A stretch of 63,849 bases of DNA, filler included, from Craspedostauros australis (GCA_030167865.1; 8 parts of 8 records of this genome joined end to end with filler, not necessarily neighbours in it), one strand, 5' to 3'. Shown: positions 1-12,703, counted from the whole stretch's first letter. Numbers and translations: made by a program. The notes: generated from the sequence alone by a model not told the origin.

Positions 1-340
1 TCCGTGACTGATCACCTCACGATAAATAAATGAGAACATCATAGAACCTTCTGCCAACAACAACGGGTTTTGTGCTGTTGGACCAACGTGACTGCTATGC
101 ACTCATAGATCACTCCATAAAACTTAAAATAAAGATCTAACAAAAAATGTAACGGTTAATTATGTATAATGAGATTATAAGGATTACGAATATGTGCTTG
201 GTTTGGATATCGCAGATGAAAAGTTAGAATGTCCATTTCAAAGTGCAGGTCGACTCACTGATCGGGCTCCTATTGGAGAGTATTGTACCCATAGTCGTAC
301 TACGTATACGAGACCAGAGAGAATAAATCACTGGCGGAGC

Positions 341-3300
341 TCAATCTTTGGTCGGAGTCACAGTCTCAGCGGGAGAAGTGCTGCCGTTGCGATAGGTCTC
401 AGCCGATCCACCCACACCGCTGCTCACACTTTCGCCGGATGATCCATTCAAGGGATTCTCACTGGCTGTTGGTGCTGTTCCTGCAGAAGCTGTGGGTCCA
501 TCAATGCTCGCGCTCTCGGTTGTCTTCGTTGCGGCGGCCCGTGGAAAATCCGTCAACTTGGCGGCTGGTTCGGTCATTTGAATCTCTTGCAAGGCCTCGT
601 CCACCATCCCTGATGCTGCATCTGCGTTGTACAAGCTCAGCAACGCCCAATGTCGGTCTTCGATGATCTCCACCTGCCGTCGTGCCATTTCCACCTGCGT
701 GCGGGCTCTGCGCAGCACCATGGACGCGTCCTTGATCTCCAACTCGATCTGACGCAACCGCTCGACAGTGTAGCGATTCCCACGCCTTTCTTCCAACTTT
801 CGCCGTTCCAGTTCGGCATCTCTGCAGTTTCAACGTCAACACGGGCACGATCGATGAATGAATCGGTGGTTGCATGGTTCAACGCATGAATGGTTGAGTG
901 AGTGATTGGTTGAATGAATGGATGGTTGGATGAACACATGTATAACAAGTGATTGGGTGAGTTGCTGTGCACGAAGCCACATTTCGCGCGATGCACAGTA
1001 ACACAGAACAAGTCAAAGATTGCGGACCGTGCGATGGGTCCTCATGCGATACATCCAACACAACCCAGCACAGTCCAAGGCCAACCCAATGCACCGGCAT
1101 CTATGTACGACATGCAACTCACACTTTGAGGATAGTGATGTCTTCCTTCGCCAGAGCCTCCCTCTTGACCCGCCGATCGAGCTTCTGCTTGGTCGTTTGC
1201 ACGTCTTCCAACGCGTCAAGCATCGCCTTCTGCCTTGCGTCCATTCCCAGATCACCGGATGGACCCCACGCGGCAATGTTCTCTGGCGGTATCCGCTCCA
1301 TGGCCAGTGCGCGCTCTTCCCAGCTCTTCTCGATCCTTTGGGTTGCTTCTTGCGGTTCCTCTATCTCACCATCCTTCGTTTCGTATGCGTCAGACGGAAT
1401 TCTTTTGCCAATGCTTGGAATGCTCGTTGCTTCCACATCCAATCCCTCATCGTTGTCTGGTACAGTATCCTCTTCATCACGATTGTACTTGTACGCATAC
1501 CCAGGGCGGCGTCGGCGTTGCCTTGAACTCGATGATAGCGGTGACGATGACGAAGCTCTTCGATCCCGTTGTGATGATCGACTGCCGTTGCGCCGACGAG
1601 AGCCAGTGCCCATCTTCTGATCGTATAAGTTGGCCTGCGCATTCATGGCTTCCCGGTCGACTCCAAAGAACACATCGAACGGATTGCCCGAAGACCGTCG
1701 ATCCTGCTGTCGCTGTCGTCGCCTGGATCGTCGTTGGTCGTATTCATTGTCTGGACCATCATAACCCCTGCTTTGGTCATTGATGGCGCTGCCTAGCAGA
1801 GATTTCACTTGGCCCACCAGACTGTCATCACCCGCACCACGTCGCCGAAACCCATCGTTGTCGTTGTCGTCGTCGTCGTCGTCGTCGTCGCCGTAACCAT
1901 AACTATATCTGCCGCGGTTGTCGTCGCTTGACCTGTTTCTGGTGAAGCGCCGTCTTTCCGTTCTGTCATAATTAACATCTTCGTAGTACTCTCCGTCGTT
2001 GTTGTCGCCGTTGTAGTCGCCGTTGTAGTCGCCGTTGTAGTCGCCGTTGCCATGGCTGGTCGCACGATCTCTGCATCCATCGTATGCGCCATCCCTCCGC
2101 GTTCGGGTTGGCTGACGACGCGGTTGCCGCTGCCGCACTTGGGGAACATCTCTGTCTTCGACTGGTGATATTGATGGCGCCGGCGATAGCTGGTCATCTT
2201 TTCTGCCAGCTTTGGGGTTGGGCTTATCGCTGGGAGGGGTGGACGTGCGTGTAGCAGTACTGGCAGTCTCAGGCTTGATCTGCGTCTGGCTGGTCGCCAT
2301 GGAATCATCGAGGTCTTTCTTTTCAATTCGGGGATCCCGAGCAGCGCCACCGTTTGGAATTGTGTTGGAGCTGCCATCTTCGTTGGCATGGTCAGCGTTC
2401 GAGTTTCTATCGTACCTATCATCGCCAACAGCATCGTACGAGTAATCGCCATCCTCACCATAGCCATCTTCCTGGTTCCTTTCCTCTCGTTTCCTTGAGT
2501 CGTTAATCTCCTTGTCGACGTGTTTCCTGGTGCCGTTGCGTCTCGCATGACGGCCTCTGTCGGCATCATCATCCTCGTCGTAGTCGTAGCTGTCGTAGTC
2601 ATCATCCTCGGCGTAGTACCCGTCGCTGTACGTATCATCGTACTCGTAGGACTCTTCGTCGAAACCCCTTGCGTTGCGAGCTGGTGGAAGTTGTGTCGGT
2701 GATCTTCGGCTTGGTGGCAAACCCTTGCGTCCGACACCGTCGTAGAAGTACGAGACGCCATCGAACTTGCCCTTGGTTCCACCGAAGACACTCTTGTCAC
2801 CGATGGCATCATTTTCGTCAAATTCAATTCCAGACCAAAAGAGCCGCGCGTAGAAGTCTTTCGCTGCCTTCGGCGGTTCCGGAATGCCCGACTTGAAGCT
2901 CGATCTATGATTCGCATGAATGTGGAATGCAGAAAGGGGAAGAGGGGAGAGACATGATCGGAATGAAGGAGTGGCAATAATGCCTTTGTGAGTGCCTTGA
3001 TGGGACCAGTGGAAACTCTGCGCGCCACCTGACATGGATTGCAATAGGCTTGATCCGTGCATGATACCAATAGCGATTCCGTACATCAATTCAGCGATAC
3101 ATGATGAACATACCTTCGCGCGCGTTGACGTTCTTTCGTTCCATTTGCGTCGGCAGGTCTGCGATTGCGTTGGCGACGGACGCTGTCCATGGGGTCCATT
3201 TGCTTCAACGGGTTGGACCAAAAGTTGCCATATGATTTGTCATCCGACTCCGTATCGTCGTAATATTGGGAGCTATCGTCATCGATATCATCATAATATC

Positions 3301-4150
3301 CGTTCGTGCTGCGATTCGGCTCGCCTCTGCCATCTCGATAGTATGCATCATCGTCGTCGTACTCGTCGTCGTAGTCATCATCGTAGTACTTATCGTAGTC
3401 ATCATCGTGGTACTCGTCGCGCCTGCCATCGTATCCCCCATCAGATCCATCAACGTACCTATCGTTGGCTCTGCCTTCGTACCTCGGCGGGCCGTCTCTC
3501 CTTTCAGGCCTGCCTTGTTCGTATCTTTGAATCTTCGACCGATCCGCGTCGATGTCATCCTCGTAGTAAACGTCATCTGCCACGCTGGGTTGCTGTGATG
3601 CACGATCCTCAAATTGGACCTTTCTTCCATCGTCTGCGAATGCCCGATCCTTGCGTGGGTAATCGCCCATGGCAGAAGGGCGGCCTTGATCTATCCTGCT
3701 GTCAGCCGGACTGCTATTTCGACCTCCATACCTGTCATCATAGCTGTCGCCGTAACGATCATCATCGTCGTCATGGTTGTACCGATAACGATCTTCGAAG
3801 GAATCGTTGCTGTCTCCGACGGGGCCTCTTGGATTCCGTGCAAAAATGACGGCGGAGCCACAGTGCCAATAGCTCGGTTGTCGATGTCGGCGCTGATGTT
3901 GCCATTGCTGATGTTGCCATTGCTGGTGGCGTTGATGATAGTGTGTTCTGGACACCGTCGTTGTTGGAACGAAGGCTTCCACCGTCCAAAAGTGGGGTAC
4001 CATCGCCGATGGCGTTGATGGCACACTTGATGGTCCCATGATGCCATCAGGACGAGGATCATGAAGATAGCGGCGACAGGATGCGCACAGCACCCAAAGA
4101 CACAGCCATCTTGGGGCAAGCTGGAAGATCCACCTCATCCTTCGGCACAT
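341..4150 (-). CDS. Hypothetical low-complexity (D/Y/R/G-rich) protein with C-terminal coiled coil; 3 exons (4150-3114, 2904-1123, 821-341); possibly plastid-targeted
   Basis: Three ORFs join in frame through GT-AG introns 3113-2905 (RARR|SSFK) and 1122-822 (ILKV|DAELERRKLEE). The N-terminus has VEAF-VP, resembling the diatom ASAFAP motif. Start codon uncertain. Confidence 0.7.
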
Positions 4151-5224
4151 TCGACGATTTCAAAGTCTGGAGTGCGACGACGTATGATTAACAATGGCAG
4201 CGAAGGTGCAGTGCCATGCCCTGCTCCTGCTCCTACTCCTACTGCTCGCACTGCACGATCTACTCCTACTCCACTCGTAGTAGTACAACTATAGTATGTA
4301 GATAGGGACGAATATGACTGCGACGTATGGCACCAACACTCGCAAGGCAACATGGGAACGCAAATGACACAAACATCTTCGATGATTGCGACTCGCGACG
4401 AAACCCATCACACCCATCTTTTGTTTGGTTGGGACGCCGACAGTCAATCGAGTCGATTCTCGCTTTCCGCAATACCTTGTATCTACACGTGGAATGACAC
4501 GAAACGTGTTCGGTTTCGCTCGATCGGTGGTATATGCACGACTCGGAAATGATCGCATTGCGAAACCAAGGAACAACGATGACACTTCTGCGCCACAAAA
4601 AGAAGACAGATGCGCAAACCACGCAACGAACATGTTCTCTGACGACAGTCTCCGTGATGGCAGAAACGCAGAAGCGAGAAGGAAGCAGGGAGCAGAAGCA
4701 ACGAACGTATGGAACACATGGAAGCGTGATGGCATGATGTTGAGCGACGGAGTCCATGTGCGAGTATGAGTATTGGTGTGAGCTACGTGATGTCTTCTGG
4801 TGGGAAAGGAAGGAGGATGCGCATTCGTTCGTGGAGCATGCGCTCTCTTGTCCGCTGCGCACTGTGTGCAAGTGCAATGCCCAGCTCTTTTGGAAGCTGT
4901 TCGTTGTTCCCTCTTCTCTCTCTCTCCTCTCTTCCGAGGTATTTGTGTGGTAAGTGAGGGTGGAGCGCAGAGAGGTCGTATGCATCAGCACATCAGCACA
5001 TCATTGCGCCATTGAAACCCAAACCAACAAAAAGCGGTGCTCCATCCACAACAGATATCGCATCCGTCTCTGCAGAAGAATTAAAGACACCACAAGCCGC
5101 AGCAATCAATCAGAATCCACAGAAGTCACCAGAGCAGTGGATGCCCTTCATCATCATCGTCATTATTGCCATCGCTCTTCTCTCTCATTCTGCGTCAGCA
5201 TCGCCAAGCCAGCATCCAGCACCG

Positions 5225-5272
5225 CAACAACAACAACAACAACAACAACAACAGCAACAGCAACAACAACAA
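5225..5272 (+). repeat. (CAA/CAG)n microsatellite upstream of the 5343 gene
   Basis: 16 consecutive CAA/CAG triplets. Confidence 0.9.
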
Positions 5273-5342
5273 AGGCCACAATTGGCAACTGCACACAGGA
5301 CCATTCTCACCCGCAAGACGAGGTGCTGATTCCCATTCCATC

Positions 5343-6716
5343 ATGAAGAAGGTCACCATGGATGCCATCATCCAGCTCAACAACCGTGGCGTGCACTCGC
5401 TCAACTCTGGCAAGCGCGATCTCGCTCGAACGCATCTTTCGAAGTCTATGCTCATGATCCACCGGCGATGGCAAGAGCGTTGTCAAACAGAACACCAAAT
5501 TCATGAGCATCGCAGTGATCGCAACGCTCAAGATCAGCGACAGGATCAACAACTCTCGCATCTGCAGCAATCGGAGCAGCAACAATCGGAACAGCAGCAA
5601 TCAGAGCAGCCGATGGAACAGCCGATGGAACAGGACCAACATATCAAAGGGTCACCACCAAACTCTGGACAGAGCCCGCCATCGTCGCAACCGGCATCGC
5701 CGACGCTTCCTTCTCTCGCGCGAGTAGCTGCCACCATGCCATCGCCGTCAACACTATCATCATCGTCGACGTCGTCGTCGTCTGGGTCACCGCCAGTGCC
5801 ACCACCAAGTCTCTCGTTGCCACTGTTACCCTCGCAACCACCCCGGTTGACAAACTACAGCGGAAAGGTAATACGAAGCTTTGTTTCTGGTCAATACACC
5901 TTTCGCTATGTTGGGATGTGTCAGCATGCTGCGAAGCACGTCAAACACTCCCATCTCGACGAGCAACCGGCACGGCGCAAGGATGCTCGGCAGTGCCAAT
6001 TGCTGTCGCACCGAACAGGTATTTCCAAGCATGGGTTCATCTTTCGACATCCCATCGAGATCATTCCAGACTCTGCCAGCCAGGAATGCGCCTCTGATGC
6101 TTCTGATACTGACCGGGTCAATGATCTGACAGTATCCTACGTCGTCCTTTACAACCTTGCACTGACGTACCATCTATTGATGGAAGATGAGCAATCGAGA
6201 CGATCCAGATCATCTCACGCATCATCCTCGTTGCCTCCGGTGGCAGTATCGTCGTCGTCATCTACCACAGCAAATCCATCGGTGGCAACGACAGCGACGA
6301 CCGCAGCGACGCACAAACCCAAGTCTAAAGCACCTCTCCAAGCCCTGCCACGCCACGTCAAACACAACATGGCGAGGCTGCTGCAACGATCGAAACGATT
6401 TTACGAGATGGCATTCCAGACCTTTCGTTGCGAAGACATTCCGCTCTCAATCGAGATGGTGCTTCCGATCTTGAACAACCTCATCCAGATCAATACGCTG
6501 CTGCGTCAGGACGAAGCCGTCAAGAATTGCAGAGAGAGTCTGTTGCGCACGATGCTCTTCATCACGAGCCAAGCGAAGACAGGCGCTGCAACCCGTCCTG
6601 CTGCCGCCGGGGTTGGCAGTGGCGGTGGTGACACCAGCCGTTTTGAATCAGAAGGTTTCGTCCACAGCATTTCAGACCTGATTTTGAAACATTCCGGCGC
6701 AGCGTCGGCCGCTTGA
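5343..6716 (+). CDS. Hypothetical helical/TPR-like protein with S/Q/P-rich inserts
   Basis: Long ORF with motifs IQLNNRGV, YNLALTYHL, FYEMAF and ILNNL, ending in AASAA. This resembles, from memory, an expanded diatom hypothetical family. Confidence 0.65.
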   Translation: MKKVTMDAIIQLNNRGVHSLNSGKRDLARTHLSKSMLMIHRRWQERCQTEHQIHEHRSDRNAQDQRQDQQLSHLQQSEQQQSEQQQSEQPMEQPMEQDQHIKGSPPNSGQSPPSSQPASPTLPSLARVAATMPSPSTLSSSSTSSSSGSPPVPPPSLSLPLLPSQPPRLTNYSGKVIRSFVSGQYTFRYVGMCQHAAKHVKHSHLDEQPARRKDARQCQLLSHRTGISKHGFIFRHPIEIIPDSASQECASDASDTDRVNDLTVSYVVLYNLALTYHLLMEDEQSRRSRSSHASSSLPPVAVSSSSSTTANPSVATTATTAATHKPKSKAPLQALPRHVKHNMARLLQRSKRFYEMAFQTFRCEDIPLSIEMVLPILNNLIQINTLLRQDEAVKNCRESLLRTMLFITSQAKTGAATRPAAAGVGSGGGDTSRFESEGFVHSISDLILKHSGAASAA

Positions 6717-7070
6717 GCTGCAACGAGAATTGAACAATTGTAATAGAACTACTAGCTGGGCCATTATCTGTCTTGCTCTGTGTTTGTCTCTAGAGAGAGA
6801 GAGAGAGAGAGAAGAATATTACGAGTAGATGATTGCGTGGTACTCCCTTTGTTCCGCTTGCTTCGATCGTGAACCTGAAAATGTATTGGTTCCTGCTGGA
6901 TGGATGGTTCGTTTACGTATGTGTTTGCTCACTTGTTTGTCTGTTTGTTTGTTTACTTGATTGCTTGTTTGATACCATACACGTATGTACTCGGAGGTCG
7001 GTGCAGCACTGTTCTGAAGGAAAAATAACGATTGTGATACCATCCGCACCGAGGCTTGCCTATCCGTACT

Positions 7071-8122
7071 CTAGTTGACCCATTTGTGATCGCAGTTGCA
7101 GCACACGAAGATCAAGGCCAAAGAATCGGCCTGCGCAATGTCGGATTGGAAGAAGACGGCCTCGTGATGGTTGCAATTGGCACAGTTGGCGTTCTGCGTG
7201 CGTGCCAGCGTCGGATCATCCGAAATAGCAGACGGCACTGTGTGCAGGATGTTGCCCACCTCCTTCTTGAGATCGTTGCGGTAGATGAGCGGCTGATTGG
7301 GTGCTGGCTCGGTGTACGGGCATAGACGACATGCGTACTGTAACTGTCTGTTGCGTTTGTCTTCCTGTTTCGCATGTGATGCAATGCAATACAATGCAAT
7401 GCAACACCATGCAATCCAACGAAATGGAGTGGAATGAATTGTGGAGGGGAAGAGTGAATGCGGCCGAGTACAGCGTTGCATTGAAAGATGGAGATACATT
7501 GCGGCAGATTAGATAGCGTTTGCACAGGGTCATCAACAATCGGAAATGAATGAGGAAGAGATCAAGATGCAGAATAGATGAGTCTCATGGACATGAGCAC
7601 GAATATGAGCACGCGTGAATGATGAGGCAAGGAATGCGGCACATTCTGCTGTGAAGCCTATTGCAACGGGGTCTGCGCCGAAGCGTGAAGTACGTGAAGC
7701 GCTCGCTGCTGCATGTGGATATCGTTGTGCCCACCATCATCACAGCCGAATGCCAAGGTCTCTGCCTTTCCATCCAGCATCGCTCGGCAACACTGGGCAT
7801 CGCTGTTTTGGGGCCATGAAAGAGCCACGAACAACTCACAACTTCGAGCAGTATTGGTACGCACCTGTGGATACAGCATTGAGGAATCATCAGGACAGAA
7901 CCTCATGAGCAACGCCTCACGTTCGTTCATGACAGCCCCATCGTCATCTCCCATGTCCAAAATGTCATCATCATCATCGTCGTCGTCGTCATCATCGTCC
8001 AGACCCAGTCCCTGCGGCACTTGTGCCTGTTGCTCTCCCTGCTCCTGCTCTTCCTCCACCTGCTGCTGCTGCTGCTGCTCCTGCTGCTGCTCAGCCTCGT
8101 CTCCTTCATCCCAATCTGCCAT
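7071..8122 (-). CDS. RPB9: RNA polymerase II subunit RPB9 with acidic N-terminal extension; 2 exons (8122-7865, 7364-7071)
   Basis: MRFCPDDSSMLYPQ|EDK...YACRLC...DPTLART..CANCNHHEAVFFQ..FVCCNCDHKW. GT-AG intron 7864-7365 is in frame. Confidence 0.93.
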
Positions 8123-8840
8123 GGCTCAATTCAATTGGACTCAATTGGATTCACTTCAGTTTCGACTGCAATGTGATGCAATGGCTTTCTAGCGTTTGCC
8201 GTAGATTGTTGATTGTCTATTGTCTATTGTCTATTGGCAATCGTGTAATGTCTAATGTCTGCTGATTCTCTGCAACCTATTATAGAATACTATACAACTG
8301 CCGGATGTCGGATGTGGAGAGCGTTGCCAATCGATTACCTCCAACGATGCGACTTGGTGCCTGTGTTGGTTTCGCCACGAACGGTCCGCGTCACCAACGG
8401 CTTCGCCGCCGTGTTTCGATTTGCATCTTCTGCCACGCGCCATGGTCGCTTCATTTTGTTGGTTCAGTCGAACGTACGACGCACAGACGAAATAGAAAGT
8501 AAAACGGACTGATTCGGGAATGAGCAAACGATTTCTCGTTGGCTCGTACGTACGACTGGGCGTGTTGTGGAGATGCAACCAACCTGTGCACGATTGGGAA
8601 CCGAACCCAATTCTGCGAAACAACAACAAGGAGAAAGTACAGCGTTAGCACACCGCGAAGCGATCCAAACCACATGAACGTGGACATGCACCACAGAGGA
8701 GAGAATGGCTTCCACAATCCCCCACCATCCCCATAACAGAGCGTCCAACGACACAACAGCAACACCCTATAATTCAATAGAATAGGTCTTAGTGTAAACA
8801 AGACCCGCATTGCACAAGTCCGCACTTTGAGATCCTGGCC

Positions 8841-10151
8841 ATGTCGTCCGATGCTGCGTCGCCTGCTCCCGTGGTGACACGCGATCCACGGTTCGGTGCC
8901 GGACGCAAGCTGGTGACGAGCGGGACACCGTCGGAAGCTGTGGAGATGTTCGCCATGCTGCTGGAGGAGACGAGGCACAAGTACGGTGATGCGTCCATCG
9001 AATCTGCGCCAGCGTACTACGAGTACGGCAATGCGCTGCTGCGAACTGCGCTGCGGAACATGCCCGTGGATGGCGCGGATGGGAGCGAAGGGGAAGATCC
9101 ATCACGTCAAACGGAGGATGACGTGAAGGAGATTCGGGAGAATGCGGCAGCGGCTGCTTTGGCTCGGCAGCAGCACAAGCAGGAGCACGACGATCAAGGA
9201 AAGCATGCTGCTCCGCAACAACGGGCCAAACAGAATGAAGAAGATGCCAAGCCAGCTGCGAAGCCATCGAAGGTCGGTTCATCAGACGAAACCAAGCTCA
9301 CAAGCAACAGCAAAAGCGGGATCAAGAGCGAAATGAATGGAGAACTGCAGACAGAATCAAGCAATGCACAAGCTGCGACGCCAGTTGTTGACATCGTCAG
9401 CAGCAACAGCAACAGCAGCAACAAAAGTACAACTGAGAACCGTGATAAGATCAGCCAAGGCGACGGCGATGATGAGGACGGTGGTGTGACCGACGATCTC
9501 AACTTGGCGCTGGAAATGATGGAGAATGCATTTTCCATCTTGGACGAACAGCAGCAGCAGCAGGAGGAGGAGGATAAAGAGAAAGAGGAGGCTTCCACGA
9601 AATACGACGCATGGGTCGCACAACAACTGCCACGTGTGCTGCTGGGAATCGGCGACGTCCTGTCATCGTTGCAACGCCATGCCGATGCTGCCGATGTCTA
9701 CTCCCGTGCGCTGGAAATCCGTGAGACGGAACTGGAGCATTGCAAGACCGCGGAAGGGGCCGCCAAGAGTCCCTCTGTCGCAATCTTGCGGGCTCATCGT
9801 CGCATCGCTGAGGCTGCAGTTTTGATCGCCGAAGAATTGCTAGCATGCCCACCATCGCAAGATGTCGTCACGACGGAAACCAACACATTGATCGTCAAGG
9901 CCGGCGAGCGCGTGGAATACGCCCGAGGATACTACGACAAAGCGCGGGACGCGTTGCAGGAAGCAGTCTTCACCATGGGGATCATCGCGAGCGGCAATGC
10001 GGATGAGGTTGCGACAGAGAAGGAGGATGTGTGCTTCATCGCCACCATGATCATGGGTGTCGGCACAACCTTGGCGGAGATTGACGAACAGAATGATGCT
10101 GCCACACAACAAGAGAGTCTGGAACCAACGAAGAAGAAAACCAAGCGGTGA
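8841..10151 (+). CDS. NASP/Sim3-like histone chaperone (SHNi-TPR)
   Basis: KYGDASIESAPAYYEYGNALL, an acidic insert, DDLNLALEMMENAFSIL, further TPR helices and a basic C-terminal NLS-like KKKTKR. Confidence 0.8.
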   Translation: MSSDAASPAPVVTRDPRFGAGRKLVTSGTPSEAVEMFAMLLEETRHKYGDASIESAPAYYEYGNALLRTALRNMPVDGADGSEGEDPSRQTEDDVKEIRENAAAAALARQQHKQEHDDQGKHAAPQQRAKQNEEDAKPAAKPSKVGSSDETKLTSNSKSGIKSEMNGELQTESSNAQAATPVVDIVSSNSNSSNKSTTENRDKISQGDGDDEDGGVTDDLNLALEMMENAFSILDEQQQQQEEEDKEKEEASTKYDAWVAQQLPRVLLGIGDVLSSLQRHADAADVYSRALEIRETELEHCKTAEGAAKSPSVAILRAHRRIAEAAVLIAEELLACPPSQDVVTTETNTLIVKAGERVEYARGYYDKARDALQEAVFTMGIIASGNADEVATEKEDVCFIATMIMGVGTTLAEIDEQNDAATQQESLEPTKKKTKR

Positions 10152-11276
10152 CCTGAAAGTTGCCGATCGACAAGGGATAATCATCGCTCCGAAATGGAGC
10201 AAACAAATTAATCGAGTGTGGTGTTCCTTAGTCGGACGTACTATTCGTACGGAGGACTCGGGCTTGGAACTTCTACCAAACCTTGAACCATCAAAAGGAC
10301 ACTGTACGTACTCGTACCCCATTGTGACATTTCAGAACAGGGTAGAGAGATCGTGTACTGTGGAGAGAGGAGTACCGATGTTTGGATTGAGAATGAGGTT
10401 GATTGATCGCATGCTATTGCTATTGCTATCGACGTACGCATTCGCACCCAGATCGCCAATCAGCCTCGTCACCGTCCCCGCAGTGGTGCTCAGCTTGTAG
10501 TTGTTGTCTTTAGGTTTGAGGTTGGAGAATGAAACGTTAAGAACTCTCCGATATCCTTGAATTCCTGCTTTTCTGCAAATCGCTCCATGCTCCATCTTCA
10601 TCTAGCGGTATCGAAGGGTTGATCACCGCCGCAGTCGTCCAGAGTGATGTCAGCATGGCAGGAAACCACCAAGTAAAGAGTGATACTTGATGCAACACAT
10701 AGCTCGTCTGGTGTTGTTCGCATGTACGATGATGTAGACTGCGGCACGATTTCCAGATTGGCGTGTTTTTCCACGATGGCTCATCATCTTCGACGATGTT
10801 GAAGTTGTGTCGCTCGACCAACGATACGAGTACTTCCCCACCGCATCGTTTTGAATGCTGCGCTCTGCTTGTTGCGAAGTCGTCGCATTTGTTGGCTGGG
10901 CGTTTGGCTCGCAGGTGTATAGTATTGTTGCTGCTGTTCGTGTTGTGCTTTCATCACGTGGTTGTTGAGAGGGAAGCAGGATAGCCCCCACTCTACGAGT
11001 ACTCTGCGATGATCTGGTGAAGCACAAGAAGTGACCTCCAGTCTGATGGTGCATACGCTCATACTTACTTAGAGTACATACTTACTTGCTCCCCTCTTTT
11101 CGTGTGGTGCTCTACAAGCAGTCACTTGTTGCTCCTGTCAAGCCGTACATGCCGCATGCAATCGTCATGCTACAATGGCGCCTATGGCCGCCTGCTCCAT
11201 TCCACTCGCATGATACAGTATGACATGTATGGTGTACGCACGCACGTACGTACGTACTATTGCAGACATGGGGAGT

Positions 11277-12101
11277 TTAGTCCTGCGACTGCTTGCCGCC
11301 GGCATTGCGCTCCAACCTCGCCAAGGCCGCCTTGCGTGCTTTTTCGCGGCGATCCGTGAGGTCATCTGCGGGTGAAGAGGAGCGGCTCGTCGCACCCGCT
11401 GTTGCCGCGCCCAGGGAAGTTGCCCCGATGGAGGAAAGCGTGGAGAAGAATCCATTGGATGTGCCGGAGTTGGAAGTGCCGCCTGCGGCCGCACCATTCG
11501 AACCCAACGTGTGCCCGGCTCCAGAGAATGACATGGCCTGCTTCTTCTTCGGAGCAGCGCTGGAGGCAGCCGCACGTTGCATACTCGCGTTGGTGGGAAC
11601 CGCGAAGGAACGAGACGAAGAGGCGCCCTGGTGTCCGACCGGCGCTTCCTCCAGAAGCTTCTTGGGTATCAAGCAGGGGCAGCAGTTGGCCAGATCAGCC
11701 CATCGGTTGACATGGGACGGTATCCGCCGGCGCAGCAGCTTCCACGACAACGCATTGGCGAAGTGGTTGCAGTTGCGCTTGATGAGATTGTAACTATCGG
11801 AACGGAACTCGCTCCGCAGCTCATCCAACGCGCGGTTCAACTCCTGCATCCCCCCATCGAAGGACCCCAGCTCCAGCTGCTCGCGGAACTTGGCGTTGGG
11901 CACCTGCTTGGGCTGCGACTCGAAGACCCCGCCGCCGGACGCGAAGCTGTACTCCGTCCCCATGATCTCGACGCCCGAGTGGTGGAATCCCAAGCCTGCA
12001 TGATACAGAACATCGTTCGCTGGGCTCAGATCGTAGATGTTCAGAAACATCTTTGTCTTCATGCGCGTTCGACCGCCATTGTATCCGTTGCCGAAGCTCA
12101 T
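11277..12101 (-). CDS. PPPDE/DeSI-family (C97) deubiquitinating/desumoylating isopeptidase
   Basis: LNIYDL, GFHHSGVEI..EYSF and YNLIKRNCNHFANAL, giving a catalytic His/Cys pair. Confidence 0.92.
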   Translation of the reverse strand: MSFGNGYNGGRTRMKTKMFLNIYDLSPANDVLYHAGLGFHHSGVEIMGTEYSFASGGGVFESQPKQVPNAKFREQLELGSFDGGMQELNRALDELRSEFRSDSYNLIKRNCNHFANALSWKLLRRRIPSHVNRWADLANCCPCLIPKKLLEEAPVGHQGASSSRSFAVPTNASMQRAAASSAAPKKKQAMSFSGAGHTLGSNGAAAGGTSNSGTSNGFFSTLSSIGATSLGAATAGATSRSSSPADDLTDRREKARKAALARLERNAGGKQSQD

Positions 12102-12677
12102 GGTTCGATGTGTTTGGTCGAATATTTATATATTAGAATATATTCTATTATAGAATACTATTATTATATATTAGAATGTGGCCTAGAGGAATGATCTCGC
12201 ACCTACTGCTGTGGATTGAAGTACTATAATGTAACCGTGCAGTCCAATTGCAGGAGAGACTGTGTGATGCGAGTAATTGTGGGCTCTCCAGAGAGATCGA
12301 ACACATCCGCGGATTATTATGGGGATTGTGCCGAACAACACTTCCTCCTTTCATTTGTTCCAGAACGGATTCCGAAAACAGAGAGGTTTGTTGGTGTTGT
12401 GGCGTTGTTTGTTCTCTGCTCTTCGTTTGGCGTCCTTGTTTTGCGAATCTTGGATTCGGTGTCGACTGTGACATCACGCAAGTCATTCGCGCTTGGGACT
12501 TATTCAGTCTTTCTGCATTGAGACAACTGATGGGCGGCCAGACGGATGTGCGGAGACTGGGCTGAAAAAAAAGCCCGCGAAATGACGCATTTGTTTCAGC
12601 CAACCAACCAACAAAGAACTGGTTTTCCACATCATTGTTTTCTTCCATCTCTACACCATCCGCGAAATCGAATACAA

Positions 12678-12703
12678 CTCTCTCTCTCTCTCTCTCTCTC
12701 TCT
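12678..12703 (+). repeat. (CT)13 microsatellite in the divergent PPPDE/ABC-F intergenic region
   Basis: Direct reading of the sequence. Confidence 0.9.

Noticed and set aside
10200..11200. Short minus-strand ORFs between NASP and PPPDE, possibly a decayed gene
   Set aside because: No recognisable motif or consistent frame, so a call cannot be supported.
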